A stretch of 64,000 nt of DNA from assembly GCA_003135635.1 (NCBI GenBank), contig PLCJ01000003.1, positions 53,087 to 117,086 on the forward strand, read 5' to 3'. This DNA is from Candidatus Adlerbacteria bacterium (lineage in GTDB: Bacteria; Patescibacteriota; Minisyncoccia; Phycocordibacterales; SBAW01). The notes below the pieces were generated by a model that was not told where the DNA came from, made no database searches, and was given only the letters and a program-made list of their open reading frames with translations. Position 1 is the first letter of the stretch; the number at the start of each line of letters is the position of its first letter. This document shows positions 1-9,524 of this stretch, in pieces. Made by a program: the position numbers and the translations under genes.

Positions 1-5
1 AAAAA

Positions 6-770
6 GTGGAGCGCCGTGGTGACATTATTTATGTCACACTGCATTTTTCCGCACTTCGAGGTATCGGGAGACGCCCTGAACAGGAAATAGATTTCATTAT
101 CGGAAAACATTTTCTTATCACCACCCATTATGAAACGAACGACCCGCTCCATGCATTTGCTAAAGCATTTGAAGTTGATTCAGTACTTGATCAGAATCAG
201 ACACAGATTCATGGGGGCCATTTGTTCGTAGAGATGGTGGGAAATTTGTATCGGGCACTCATAGAAGAATGTGAATTGCTGGAGCGTCGACTTATTGACA
301 TTGAAGAGCGAATCTTTGATGGAAGCACCCCACATATGGTTGCAGAAATTTCCCAAACAGGTCGTATTATTCATGATTTTCATCAATCGCTTCTTCCCCA
401 CCGAGAAATGTTGACCTCCCTTGAACCAGTGGCAAATCGTATGTTTGGCAGTGAATTTTTGTATCATCTGCGCAATCTTGAGGGAGTATACAACCGTCTC
501 GAGCAGACACTTAAAAATCTCCGGGAATCGCTCATGGAGCTGCGCGAGACAAATAACTCGCTTTTATCGACAAAACAAAACGAGATTATGAAAACGCTTA
601 CTGTGCTTACTTTTATTTTCTTTCCCTTGGTATTTGTCGGCAGTATTTTAGACCTCTACCTGCAGTACGCAGTGGGCGGCCACGCATACATTTTTTGGAT
701 CACCATTGGCGCAATGGCTCTGGTAGCGCTCTTTTGTCTCGTGTATTTCAAGCGGAAGGGTTGGTTGTAA
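6..770 (+). CDS. CorA-family divalent cation transporter, C-terminal part (N-terminus outside window)
   Basis: Two C-terminal TM helices ending in the CorA-typical YFKRKGWL tail, preceded by a long coiled-coil cytoplasmic region. The canonical GMN loop motif is replaced by LDL. Confidence 0.7.
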   Translation: MERRGDIIYVTLHFSALRGIGRRPEQEIDFIIGKHFLITTHYETNDPLHAFAKAFEVDSVLDQNQTQIHGGHLFVEMVGNLYRALIEECELLERRLIDIEERIFDGSTPHMVAEISQTGRIIHDFHQSLLPHREMLTSLEPVANRMFGSEFLYHLRNLEGVYNRLEQTLKNLRESLMELRETNNSLLSTKQNEIMKTLTVLTFIFFPLVFVGSILDLYLQYAVGGHAYIFWITIGAMALVALFCLVYFKRKGWL

Positions 771-780
771 TACACATTAT

Positions 781-2217
781 ATGGAATTACCTGGTTTTCG
801 CTTGAGTAAAAAAACAACGCTACCTCCTTTACGATTTCACAATACGCTCTCGGGAAAAATTGAGGTGTTTACTCCCCTCTCTGAGAAAGAAATCAAAATA
901 TATAACTGTGGACCCACTGCATATGATAGGCAACACATTGGTAATCTATTTCCTCCTATTGTTGCCAATCTTATACAGAGAACTCTTCTGGTATGGGGAT
1001 ATAGCGTACAGGAAGTAAATAACATTACCGACTTTGGTCATATTTCTGAAGATGAAGATACCGAGGACAAAATGACAAAAGGGCTCAGGCGTGAAGGCAT
1101 GACTCTCACGCTTCCACACATGCGGGCCCTTGCAGAAAGATATGCTGCACTGTTTTTTGAAGATTTGCCTTTACTTGGGGTTGATCCGGGTAAGGTAACC
1201 TATCCACGCGCGAGCGATTATATCCCGGAGCAGATTGCGGTAATTAAAACTCTAGAGCAAAAAGGATACGCGTATCGTACGAGTGATGGTGTGTATTTTG
1301 ATACATCGAAATTTACCAACTACGGCGAGCTGGGCGGCATACGTCTTTCAGGGCTAAAGGAAGGTGCCCGTATCGAGCACAACCCGCAGAAACATACCCC
1401 GCATGATTTTGCGCTGTGGAAACTAGATACAAAACTCGGGTGGGAGTCTCCTTGGGGACTCGGTTTTCCTGGCTGGCATACAGAATGCGTGGCAATGATA
1501 TTTAAAATTCTTGGTAAGCAGATAGATATTCATATGGGTGGCGTTGACCTTATACCGATTCATCACAACAACGAGATAGCGCAGGCAGAAGCAATCACTG
1601 GAAAACAGTTTGTGAAATATTGGATACACAATGCGCATATTACCGTCGAAGGAAAGAAAGTATCTAAATCGCTTGGTAATACAATTTATGTAAGTGACTT
1701 AGTCGATAGAGGCCTTTCTCCTTCGGCCTTGCGATACTGGTTTCTTACCGCGCATTATCGAACCCCCACAAATTTCACTTGGGATGCTATCGAAGGAGCA
1801 AACACCGCTCTCTCGCGTCTTCGCATATTTTTTGAAAGCCTCGCCACTGTCAGTCATGAAGAGCCTGATCAAAAATTCATGAATGATTTTTATGGCGCAT
1901 TTGCAAATGATCTTGATACCCCCAAGACTATAGCCCTTGTCTGGGAGCTTATTAAAAACCCCGACGTCTCAGCGCAGTCAAAACGAGCCTCCCTCCTTAA
2001 GGCAGATGAGATCCTCGGTCTTGGTCTTTCAGAGCCTCTTAAGAGTGCATCTTCCTCTATCGAGGTACCCGAAGCGGTCCAAGCCTTAGTAAAAGAACGC
2101 GAAAAAGCCCGAAAAATGAAGCATTTTGCTGAAGCCGATAAGCTCCGTAGTCACATTGAGGAGCTCGGATATGATATTACTGATACCTCTGAGGGTCCGC
2201 GACTGAGTCCTCGCTGA
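781..2217 (+). CDS. cysS: Cysteinyl-tRNA synthetase
   Basis: NCGPTAYDRQHIGN matches the class I HIGH region (HIGN variant). KVSKSLGN matches KMSKS. Zn-ligand Cys/His pattern and length fit CysRS. The true start may lie about 20 codons downstream. Confidence 0.9.
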   Translation: MELPGFRLSKKTTLPPLRFHNTLSGKIEVFTPLSEKEIKIYNCGPTAYDRQHIGNLFPPIVANLIQRTLLVWGYSVQEVNNITDFGHISEDEDTEDKMTKGLRREGMTLTLPHMRALAERYAALFFEDLPLLGVDPGKVTYPRASDYIPEQIAVIKTLEQKGYAYRTSDGVYFDTSKFTNYGELGGIRLSGLKEGARIEHNPQKHTPHDFALWKLDTKLGWESPWGLGFPGWHTECVAMIFKILGKQIDIHMGGVDLIPIHHNNEIAQAEAITGKQFVKYWIHNAHITVEGKKVSKSLGNTIYVSDLVDRGLSPSALRYWFLTAHYRTPTNFTWDAIEGANTALSRLRIFFESLATVSHEEPDQKFMNDFYGAFANDLDTPKTIALVWELIKNPDVSAQSKRASLLKADEILGLGLSEPLKSASSSIEVPEAVQALVKEREKARKMKHFAEADKLRSHIEELGYDITDTSEGPRLSPR

Positions 2218-2310
2218 ACTTCTTTTTTCCACTTGTTTTCCACACTATATCCGACTTGAAATAGCAAAAAAGCGCTTCCCCCTTATCCCCAAAAAAGGTA
2301 CTCTAAGAAG

Positions 2311-3699
2311 ATGGCGGTAAGAAAAAAAGTTACCAATGAATTCCGAGTACCTCCTCAGACTATCGAATCAGAGAAAGCGCTTCTTGGTGCACTCATGATC
2401 CGCCCAGAGGGCATGGGTGAATCAGTGGATGTACTGTCACCTGAAGCTTTTTATAGCGAGAAGCATCGTATTTTATACCGTGCAATGTTGGCACTTTTCA
2501 ATAAAAATGAGCCGATAGATGTTGAAAGTGTACGAACCTGTCTTTCCGATCAAAAGCAGCTCGTGGCAATCGGTGGAGTTTCCTATCTGGCAGAGCTGGT
2601 GAGTGACGTGCCAGCGGCCAGTAATGCGCGCCACTATGCACAGCAAGTACAGAAAAAATATATGTTGCGTTCGCTTATTGACGTCGGCGAGTACGTCGCC
2701 GAGCTTGGCTACGATGAAGGTGAAAACTTGGAAGAAACGCTTGATCGCGCAGAGAAAAAAATTTATGAGGTAACCTCAACCCCTACTCTTTCAAAGTTTA
2801 CCTCTCTGCGGGAAACGCTTGCAGCAGCGTGGGAGCGATTTGAGTATCTCCAGCAGCACAAAGATGAACTGCGTGGCATACGTACAGGATTTAAAGATCT
2901 CGACGCACTCCTTGCTGGTTTGCAGAAGTCCGATCTTATTATTCTTGCCGCTCGACCTAGTATGGGCAAAACGTCCCTCGCGCTTGATATTGCAAGGCAG
3001 GCAGCAGTGCAGCATCAAGTGACCGTTGGCATCTTTTCCCTTGAAATGGATGCACAACAATTGGTTGATCGCATGGTGGCCGCTGAGGCAAATGTTAATT
3101 CATGGAATCTGCGGATCGGGCGTATTACTAATGATGAAGACTTCTCTCGAATCAGGGATGCCTATGACCGCCTCTCGCAAGCACCCATTTTTATTGATGA
3201 TCAGCCCGCCAATAATATTCTTAAAATGCGCGCGGTGGCACGCCGATTAAAAAAACAACATGGCCTCGGGCTTTTGGTGGTCGATTACTTGCAACTTATG
3301 GCGCCTACTACCGCGCGAGCCAGTGATTCTTTGGTCCAGCAGGTTACTGAGATCTCTCGCTCACTGAAACATCTTGCCCGCGAGCTTGATGTGCCGGTTC
3401 TTGCGCTGTCGCAGCTTTCTCGTGCAATTGAAACGCGCCGAGGAAAACCACGCCTCTCTGACCTGCGCGATTCGGGTTCCATTGAGCAAGACGCCGATGT
3501 GGTTATGTTCATACATCGCGATGACAAGTTTAATGAAGGATCAGAGCGCCCCAATATCGCTGAAATTTTGGTTGAAAAACACCGTAATGGTCCGACAGGA
3601 AAAATTGAATTGTATTTTGACGAGAAGCGCACGAGCTTTCTATCACTTGAGAAAACTGACTTTAGTGTGTTTGAGAAATCATCAACTGAGAACCTTTAA
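2311..3699 (+). CDS. dnaB: Replicative DNA helicase DnaB
   Basis: N-terminal DnaB domain (SIESEKALLGALM), Walker A ARPSMGKTSLAL, RecA-like C-terminal domain. Confidence 0.95.
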   Translation: MAVRKKVTNEFRVPPQTIESEKALLGALMIRPEGMGESVDVLSPEAFYSEKHRILYRAMLALFNKNEPIDVESVRTCLSDQKQLVAIGGVSYLAELVSDVPAASNARHYAQQVQKKYMLRSLIDVGEYVAELGYDEGENLEETLDRAEKKIYEVTSTPTLSKFTSLRETLAAAWERFEYLQQHKDELRGIRTGFKDLDALLAGLQKSDLIILAARPSMGKTSLALDIARQAAVQHQVTVGIFSLEMDAQQLVDRMVAAEANVNSWNLRIGRITNDEDFSRIRDAYDRLSQAPIFIDDQPANNILKMRAVARRLKKQHGLGLLVVDYLQLMAPTTARASDSLVQQVTEISRSLKHLARELDVPVLALSQLSRAIETRRGKPRLSDLRDSGSIEQDADVVMFIHRDDKFNEGSERPNIAEILVEKHRNGPTGKIELYFDEKRTSFLSLEKTDFSVFEKSSTENL

Positions 3700-3717
3700 T
3701 CTGCGGCATAGATATCT

Positions 3718-4335
3718 ATGGATCCTCTTGAGCGGCTTGTAGAAATATTCGAGCATTTTCCTGGCATCGGCCCACGACAGGCACGCCGATTCGTACAATT
3801 TCTTCTTGTACAACGACCTTCTTTTAGGACTGACTTAGCCCAAGCAATCAAAGAGCTGGGGAGCCGCACTCAGCAGTGTGCGTTGTGTTTTCGTTGGTTT
3901 GCGAAGTCAGATAGCACTGAGCGCCGGTGCGATATTTGTATAAATCAAACGCGCGATTCTGGTGTGCTTTTTGTGGTTGAAAAGGATGCAGATATAAGAA
4001 ATGTAGAAGGAAGTGGGTTTCAGGGGCTCTACTTTGTACTGGGGGGCACCATTCCCCTGGCTACGCAAGAGCCTGAAAAACAGGTTCGTTTGCGAGAGCT
4101 TATCTCTCGAATCGATGCAGATGGCGCTCAAAAAAAACTCAAAGAAATCATATTGGGACTTTCTGCAACCACTGAGGGAGACCATACGCGACTGATACTT
4201 CAAGAGAAAATCCGTCCGCTTGCAGAAGGTTTTAACATTAAGGTATCCTCCCTCGGCCGCGGTCTTTCAACTGGATCGGAGCTTGAATATGCTGATCCAG
4301 ATACGTTGGCAAACGCACTTCATTCAAGAAATTAA
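3718..4335 (+). CDS. recR: Recombination protein RecR
   Basis: HhH FPGIGPRQARRF, C4 zinc finger CALC...CDIC, Toprim domain. Length 205 aa. Confidence 0.95.
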   Translation: MDPLERLVEIFEHFPGIGPRQARRFVQFLLVQRPSFRTDLAQAIKELGSRTQQCALCFRWFAKSDSTERRCDICINQTRDSGVLFVVEKDADIRNVEGSGFQGLYFVLGGTIPLATQEPEKQVRLRELISRIDADGAQKKLKEIILGLSATTEGDHTRLILQEKIRPLAEGFNIKVSSLGRGLSTGSELEYADPDTLANALHSRN

Positions 4336-4341
4336 AAACGT

Positions 4342-4662
4342 TTAGGAAAACTTCAGGATCTTTACTTCAAAAAAAGGCTGGCGGTGACCACGCTTTTTAA
4401 AATAATTGCTTTTTGCTTTATATTTAATGACTACAACCTTTTTTTTTCGAGATATTTTTTCAATCTTGCCTTCAACCGTTGCCCCAGCAATATAGGGTGT
4501 CCCGAGCGTAGTATCAGAGCCATTATCGACAACTAGTACTTTATTAAATACCACCGCATCCCCGGTTTTATATTCACCTTTCATTTTCTCTATTTGAACA
4601 ATATCACCTGCCGAGACAAGGTATTGTTTTCCTCCGGTTTCTATAATGGCAAACTCTTTCAT
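4342..4662 (-). CDS. rplU: 50S ribosomal protein L21
   Basis: MKEFAIIETGGKQYLVSAGD matches the L21 family. Start trimmed from the longer ORF to the internal Met. Confidence 0.9.
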   Translation of the reverse strand: MKEFAIIETGGKQYLVSAGDIVQIEKMKGEYKTGDAVVFNKVLVVDNGSDTTLGTPYIAGATVEGKIEKISRKKKVVVIKYKAKSNYFKKRGHRQPFFEVKILKFS

Positions 4663-4730
4663 GGTTTTAACAGAAATGAGTATAGCCAAAAAATCTATAA
4701 AATGCAAACAAAAAACACTAAACAGAGATG

Positions 4731-5816
4731 TTACTCCCTGCCTTCGAGCGCTGGTTTATCTAATTGTTCGACGTCGATTTCTATTGCACCACCGGTAACA
4801 CGCAAGACATCTTTATCTATCTTGCCGAGCTCTTTATAGCCGACATTGTAATGATTGACCGTGGTTGAAAGTGCGTTTCCAATTTTTTTGTAATAATCCT
4901 CGTATGCTTTGATATGACGGGAAAGATTCTCGACATTTTTAATTATTTCTTTTGAATTCTCTTCTACTTTGAATGCTTGCAGACCATTTGCAACTGATAG
5001 CAAATATGCCATAAAAGTCGTTGGAGAGGCTATGATAACTTTCTTATCTCGGTATGCATAATCTATTAGATTGCGCGCATTGACCTTCCCTTCATTAACT
5101 TCCCCTACAAGAAGATCGTAATAAATCGCTTCTGCGGGAATATACATAAACGCCAAGGGCAAAGTACCATCTTTGGGGCGTATATACTTGGCGGTTTCAT
5201 CTATCCGCGCCTTAAGATCATTTTTGAAAGTTTTCTCTAGTTCTGTGCGCTGATTTTCATCAACGGCATTCGCAAGCCGGGTATAATTATCAAGCGAGAA
5301 TTTTGCGTCGATCGGGATCATGCCGTCCTTGGTTAATATCACAGCATCTACTGTTTCACCCCCAGGAAATTGATATTGTGTTTTAAAAGCCGTTGGCGGC
5401 AGAAAATTTTCCAATATCAATTTCAAGGAGGCTTCTCCCCAATTCCCTCTTTGTTTTTGGTGGGTAAGTATTTTCTCCAGATTTTTTAATTGTTCTGCTA
5501 TTGTAAAAACTTGCCGAGTTGATTCCTTTGTCTCTGAAACACCCTTCACAACCTCCAAAAGCTGATCCGAAACTTGTTTGTTTATTGTACTTATGAGAAC
5601 TCGCGCCTGTTCTGATTGGGTAGACATGAATTCAGACATAGTCCGATTACCTTCCCCTAGTTTTTGGTCCATTGCCCGGGTAAGGTCTTGTAATTGATTT
5701 TGAAGAAGCACCATCCCCTGAACATCAGTAGATACTTTACCGCGCTGCCAAAGGAGATACAAAGCTGAAATGTTACCTACCACAAGAATTGCTAGAAGCA
5801 CAATGAGCCAGGTCAT
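4731..5816 (-). CDS. rmuC: DNA recombination protein RmuC
   Basis: N-terminal TM, long coiled coil, C-terminal RmuC nuclease-like domain (IIASPTTFMAYL). Confidence 0.8.
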   Translation of the reverse strand: MTWLIVLLAILVVGNISALYLLWQRGKVSTDVQGMVLLQNQLQDLTRAMDQKLGEGNRTMSEFMSTQSEQARVLISTINKQVSDQLLEVVKGVSETKESTRQVFTIAEQLKNLEKILTHQKQRGNWGEASLKLILENFLPPTAFKTQYQFPGGETVDAVILTKDGMIPIDAKFSLDNYTRLANAVDENQRTELEKTFKNDLKARIDETAKYIRPKDGTLPLAFMYIPAEAIYYDLLVGEVNEGKVNARNLIDYAYRDKKVIIASPTTFMAYLLSVANGLQAFKVEENSKEIIKNVENLSRHIKAYEDYYKKIGNALSTTVNHYNVGYKELGKIDKDVLRVTGGAIEIDVEQLDKPALEGRE

Positions 5817-5838
5817 GAACGTATAGTATCACGCGCGA

Positions 5839-6312
5839 ATGTTTGATAGTATACATTCTATGACTCACCAAGAATTAAAAGGTTCCGTCAAGATTGCAAT
5901 GAAAAATAGAGAGCTCGATAAACTTTCAGTACTCCGGGGACTTATGGCTGCCGCAACCAATGAGCTCGTTGCAAAAGGAAGGAAGCCCGACGAGGAACTC
6001 TCTGAAGAAGATGTTATGACTTTGATACGCAGGGGGGCAAGACAACGTAAAGATTCTATTGAGCAGTTTGAAAAAGGAGGACGTGCTGATCTTGCTGAGC
6101 ATGAAAAAACTGAACTAACTATTCTTGAAGCTTTCCTTCCTACACAAATGTCAGAAGAAGAGATACGACCCATTGCTCAGACAAAAGCTAAAGAAATGGG
6201 TATCATTGATAATACAAAAACGAATCAGCTCATGGGTGTGCTTATGAAGGATTTAAAGGGCAAGGCAGATGGGACAGTGGTAAAACGTGTTGTAGAAAGC
6301 CTTTTTCAGTGA
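5839..6312 (+). CDS. GatB/YqeY domain protein
   Basis: YqeY-like helical domain at about 150 aa. The conserved EAFLP...KGKADG pattern is present. Confidence 0.8.
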   Translation: MFDSIHSMTHQELKGSVKIAMKNRELDKLSVLRGLMAAATNELVAKGRKPDEELSEEDVMTLIRRGARQRKDSIEQFEKGGRADLAEHEKTELTILEAFLPTQMSEEEIRPIAQTKAKEMGIIDNTKTNQLMGVLMKDLKGKADGTVVKRVVESLFQ

Positions 6313-6386
6313 CTTGACTTTTTTATTTTTACTGTTATCATTAAACCCAGTAGCTGCCATTGAAACTTTCAAAGGAGTGTTAGCCA

Positions 6387-6641
6387 GTGGCTGAAAATAT
6401 CGACTTGGATTCTACTCTTTTGCAAAACCTGGTAGATAGGTGGAGCAGGGAGCAGAAATTCTGGAGTAAACAATATTCCTATCCCCTAGCGATCTACAGA
6501 ATGACGGAGAGAGAGCTGCGGGAGAGAGGAATACGTGAAAATCTGACCACACAATCGCAAGCTTACGCCAAGGGTGTTCGTAAAATACTCGATTCTCGTC
6601 GTCGCCCGAAGCGCCAATTGCGTTTCAAACTAGGAGTATGA
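6387..6641 (+). CDS. hypothetical small basic protein
   Basis: 84-aa ORF in an intergenic gap, no recognisable family. Confidence 0.3.
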   Translation: MAENIDLDSTLLQNLVDRWSREQKFWSKQYSYPLAIYRMTERELRERGIRENLTTQSQAYAKGVRKILDSRRRPKRQLRFKLGV

Positions 6642-6708
6642 AAAACCATGCTCCTATTTTCTTCTAGAAAGATATATAAATCACCAAGATTTTTACCCAT
6701 TTTTTTCA

Positions 6709-7209
6709 TCAAACTCTCTGCCACTCGACTTTGATGCCTTTCCGTTGGTTTTCTGCCATCACCAGCTCATCTAAAATACCATCGATGAGTTGATAGTTCT
6801 TAGCTTCTTTCAGTGTTACCCAACGGAAATCATCGGCTTCATCAGGTTTGAGAATTACTTCGCCCAACTGGTAATCAGCGAGACAAGAGATAACCAGAGA
6901 AGGATTACCATCCCCATGGATAGTTGCCAAACTTGTTACGTATACAATATTGGAAATTTCTAAGCCGACTTCTTCTTTCACTTCTCTCCGCAAGACTTTT
7001 TCAAGTACATTGTACCAATAATTAGTTGTGTCTTTTGGTAAATTAATATAATCGTCCGTTTCAAGTTTACCGCCAGGAACTGTCCACATGCCAGGAAAAC
7101 GCTTTTTATTTAGCGAGCGGCGGGTGATTAGATATTTCTCATTCTTAACAATGATTGCGGTAATTGCAACTTCATGAAGATACTTATTTCCCATATTTTT
7201 ACCACTCAT
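6709..7209 (-). CDS. NUDIX hydrolase
   Basis: Nudix box GGKLETDD...REVKEEVGLE. Confidence 0.85.
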   Translation of the reverse strand: MSGKNMGNKYLHEVAITAIIVKNEKYLITRRSLNKKRFPGMWTVPGGKLETDDYINLPKDTTNYWYNVLEKVLRREVKEEVGLEISNIVYVTSLATIHGDGNPSLVISCLADYQLGEVILKPDEADDFRWVTLKEAKNYQLIDGILDELVMAENQRKGIKVEWQRV

Positions 7210-8069
7210 TTGAACAGCCCCATAAACTTCATAGGATCAATCGACACACCTTGTATACGCACAGATACGTGCAAGTGGGGACCATCCGCATAGCCGGTGC
7301 TTCCGCTCAAACCAATTACTTGTCCCTGTTCAACAAGTTCACCGACTACGACCTTTATTTTAGAAAGATGCATATAAAACGTGAACAGTCCGAGACCATG
7401 ATCGATAACTATGGTATTTCCATACGTAGTGTAAAACTGGGTTTTTCTTACAATACCCCGATTCATCGCCATGACGGGAGTTCCGGTCACCGCACGAAAA
7501 TCAGTCCCTAAATGTGCTATTAAATATCCATCAGTTTGCCGCGTATACCCATAGGGGTCAGTAATCGTAGTAGTGCCGAGTAGGGGTAGGGTGAATATAT
7601 TACTCCAGAGTGTATGATTTACAGTTTTAATATTAGCCAGACTTTTATTATCTTTTGTAAGCGTACTCACCAGATTCTTCGCACTTGCTGCGGTATTGCC
7701 CCCAAGTTTTGCAGGAATACCAAGAGGTTTTTCTATATTTTGGCGTGCTCCGATTGTAATTGTCTTTTCTATTGTTTGTCCATTTTTCATGATGGCTTGT
7801 AGGGAGTAACCACCAGGCTTTTTTGAAAGAGGTACACCTACAAAAGCCGTTGGAATAGCCTTGTACGTAAAAACATTTACCACCATCCCATCGAACAAAA
7901 TCTTTTTCATATCAGTGGTAATCGCATCTCCCTGTATCTGGATCATAAACGGCTCACCCTGAATTATTTGACCAGGAGTTACGACTATTGAAATAGTTTG
8001 TGCAGCTACGGGTGGAACCGTAAGAAAAAATAGCCCAACTAGAACTATGGGTAAAATAGTATACTTCAC
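7206..8069 (-). CDS. M23 family peptidase (LytM domain), secreted
   Basis: Signal peptide. HLGTDF...IDHGLG...GSTGYADGPHLH metal-ligand motifs of peptidase M23. Confidence 0.85.
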   Translation of the reverse strand: MKYTILPIVLVGLFFLTVPPVAAQTISIVVTPGQIIQGEPFMIQIQGDAITTDMKKILFDGMVVNVFTYKAIPTAFVGVPLSKKPGGYSLQAIMKNGQTIEKTITIGARQNIEKPLGIPAKLGGNTAASAKNLVSTLTKDNKSLANIKTVNHTLWSNIFTLPLLGTTTITDPYGYTRQTDGYLIAHLGTDFRAVTGTPVMAMNRGIVRKTQFYTTYGNTIVIDHGLGLFTFYMHLSKIKVVVGELVEQGQVIGLSGSTGYADGPHLHVSVRIQGVSIDPMKFMGLFK

Positions 8070-8104
8070 TAATACAGTGTAGCAAAAAAGCTAAGCTGCC
8101 GATG

Positions 8105-8176
8105 TGACCCTACGGGGAGTCGAACCCCGATTTACGCCGTGAGAGGGCGCTGTCCTAACCATTAGACGATAGGGCC
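8105..8176 (-). tRNA. tRNA-Glu (anticodon CUC)
   Basis: Reverse complement folds as a cloverleaf: acceptor GGCCCUA/UAGGGUC, D-arm GUCU..GGAC, anticodon stem GCGCC/GGCGU with loop CUCUCAC, T-arm CGGGG-UUCGACU-CCCCG. CCA is not encoded. Confidence 0.85.
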
Positions 8177-8199
8177 AGTGGACTAACCTTATAATATTT

Positions 8200-9519
8200 C
8201 TATCGCTTCTTCCACTCTTTATCTTGTCGCACTAATAATTCGCTCGCACGTTCAGGTTCAGCCATAATTTCTTCGACGATGCGCTCCATCCGCATAGACT
8301 GTGAACCCTTCACAAGAATCAAATCCCCTTCCGTTAACATATTTTGAAGTTCATTTCCTACCACAGCAACATCTTCATACTGAAAAATTGCAGAATCTGA
8401 CATCCCTGCATCAAGCGCTCCCTCAGCAATATCACGAGCGCGAAATCCCACAGTGATAAGAAGCTGGGCGTTTTTGGCTGCATGGGCGCCTACTTTCCGG
8501 TGTTCTTTAACCGACTGTCGGCCAAGCTCAAGCATACCGCCCAAAACCGCAATAGTGCGTCCTTTCAAGGGAGTGTGCTGAGCAATAAAAGCAAGCGTAT
8601 CAAGAGCAGCAGTTACCGCAGCAGGAGAGGAGTTATAGGTGTCATCAATAATAAGTGTCTTCTTGATGCCCCTAATAAGGTACATGCGTCCAGGAGGAGG
8701 TGCGAAGGATTGCAGTATCTCAAGTGTTGGAGACATATCCTTGCCAAGAGCTTGAGCCACCGCTACCGCTACCAACAGTGAGAGAAAGGTATGCGCACCA
8801 GCAGCGCCGATAAGAAATAAAGAACCTGAAGTAATGTGTGTACTTATCCGAGCCCGCATACCGACAACCTGCTGTGTTCCCTCTTCAAAGAGAAGCGCAA
8901 ATTCATCAGCGCGAATATCCGCAGCTGCAGAAACCCCAAAGGTGAGTATCTTGGCCTGTCGCAGAGCCGCCCGCTGCTGCAGCGCAGAAACCCGATCGTC
9001 ATCAGCATACACGATTAAGACACCCCCCGGTCGCAAGGTATCGATAAGGGAGGATTTTTCTTCCACTAGCGCCTCGACAGATTCAAAAAACTCCACATGC
9101 ACTGGCACTTCAGGAAGCCGAGTAATAACCACGACATCAACCGTAAGCCATGAAGCGAGTGATTTGATATCGCCCGGCCGATCAGCACCTATCTCAAGCA
9201 CCAACCACTCAGGGTATGGGGAGCGAAAAAGAAGAAGAAATATTCCATCAGAGAGATTTTGGAGCCATCGCACGGGATTGTGCCATGCATTGGGGGCACC
9301 GAGGATAGTAAGCGGGATCCCGATCTCTCCATTGAAACTTTTTTCACTTTTGCGCACATGGGTGTCTCGCGCAAGCACGGTGTAGATGGCATCTTTCGCA
9401 GATGTCTTGCCCACACTGCCCGTCACCGCAACGATGTGGGGTTTGTATTTGCGCAACACCAACCGAGCTTCAAGGGTGAGCAAAAAAATTACTGCGTGTT
9501 TAAGCATATGTAGTATCAA
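8200..9519 (-). CDS. murF: Mur ligase, most likely UDP-MurNAc-pentapeptide synthetase MurF (short N-terminal domain)
   Basis: P-loop VAVTGSVGKTSAKD about 30 aa from the start. DDTYNSSP motif typical of MurF. Position after ftsI in the dcw cluster. Confidence 0.7.
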   Translation of the reverse strand: MILHMLKHAVIFLLTLEARLVLRKYKPHIVAVTGSVGKTSAKDAIYTVLARDTHVRKSEKSFNGEIGIPLTILGAPNAWHNPVRWLQNLSDGIFLLLFRSPYPEWLVLEIGADRPGDIKSLASWLTVDVVVITRLPEVPVHVEFFESVEALVEEKSSLIDTLRPGGVLIVYADDDRVSALQQRAALRQAKILTFGVSAAADIRADEFALLFEEGTQQVVGMRARISTHITSGSLFLIGAAGAHTFLSLLVAVAVAQALGKDMSPTLEILQSFAPPPGRMYLIRGIKKTLIIDDTYNSSPAAVTAALDTLAFIAQHTPLKGRTIAVLGGMLELGRQSVKEHRKVGAHAAKNAQLLITVGFRARDIAEGALDAGMSDSAIFQYEDVAVVGNELQNMLTEGDLILVKGSQSMRMERIVEEIMAEPERASELLVRQDKEWKKR

Positions 9520-9524
9520 TATCT

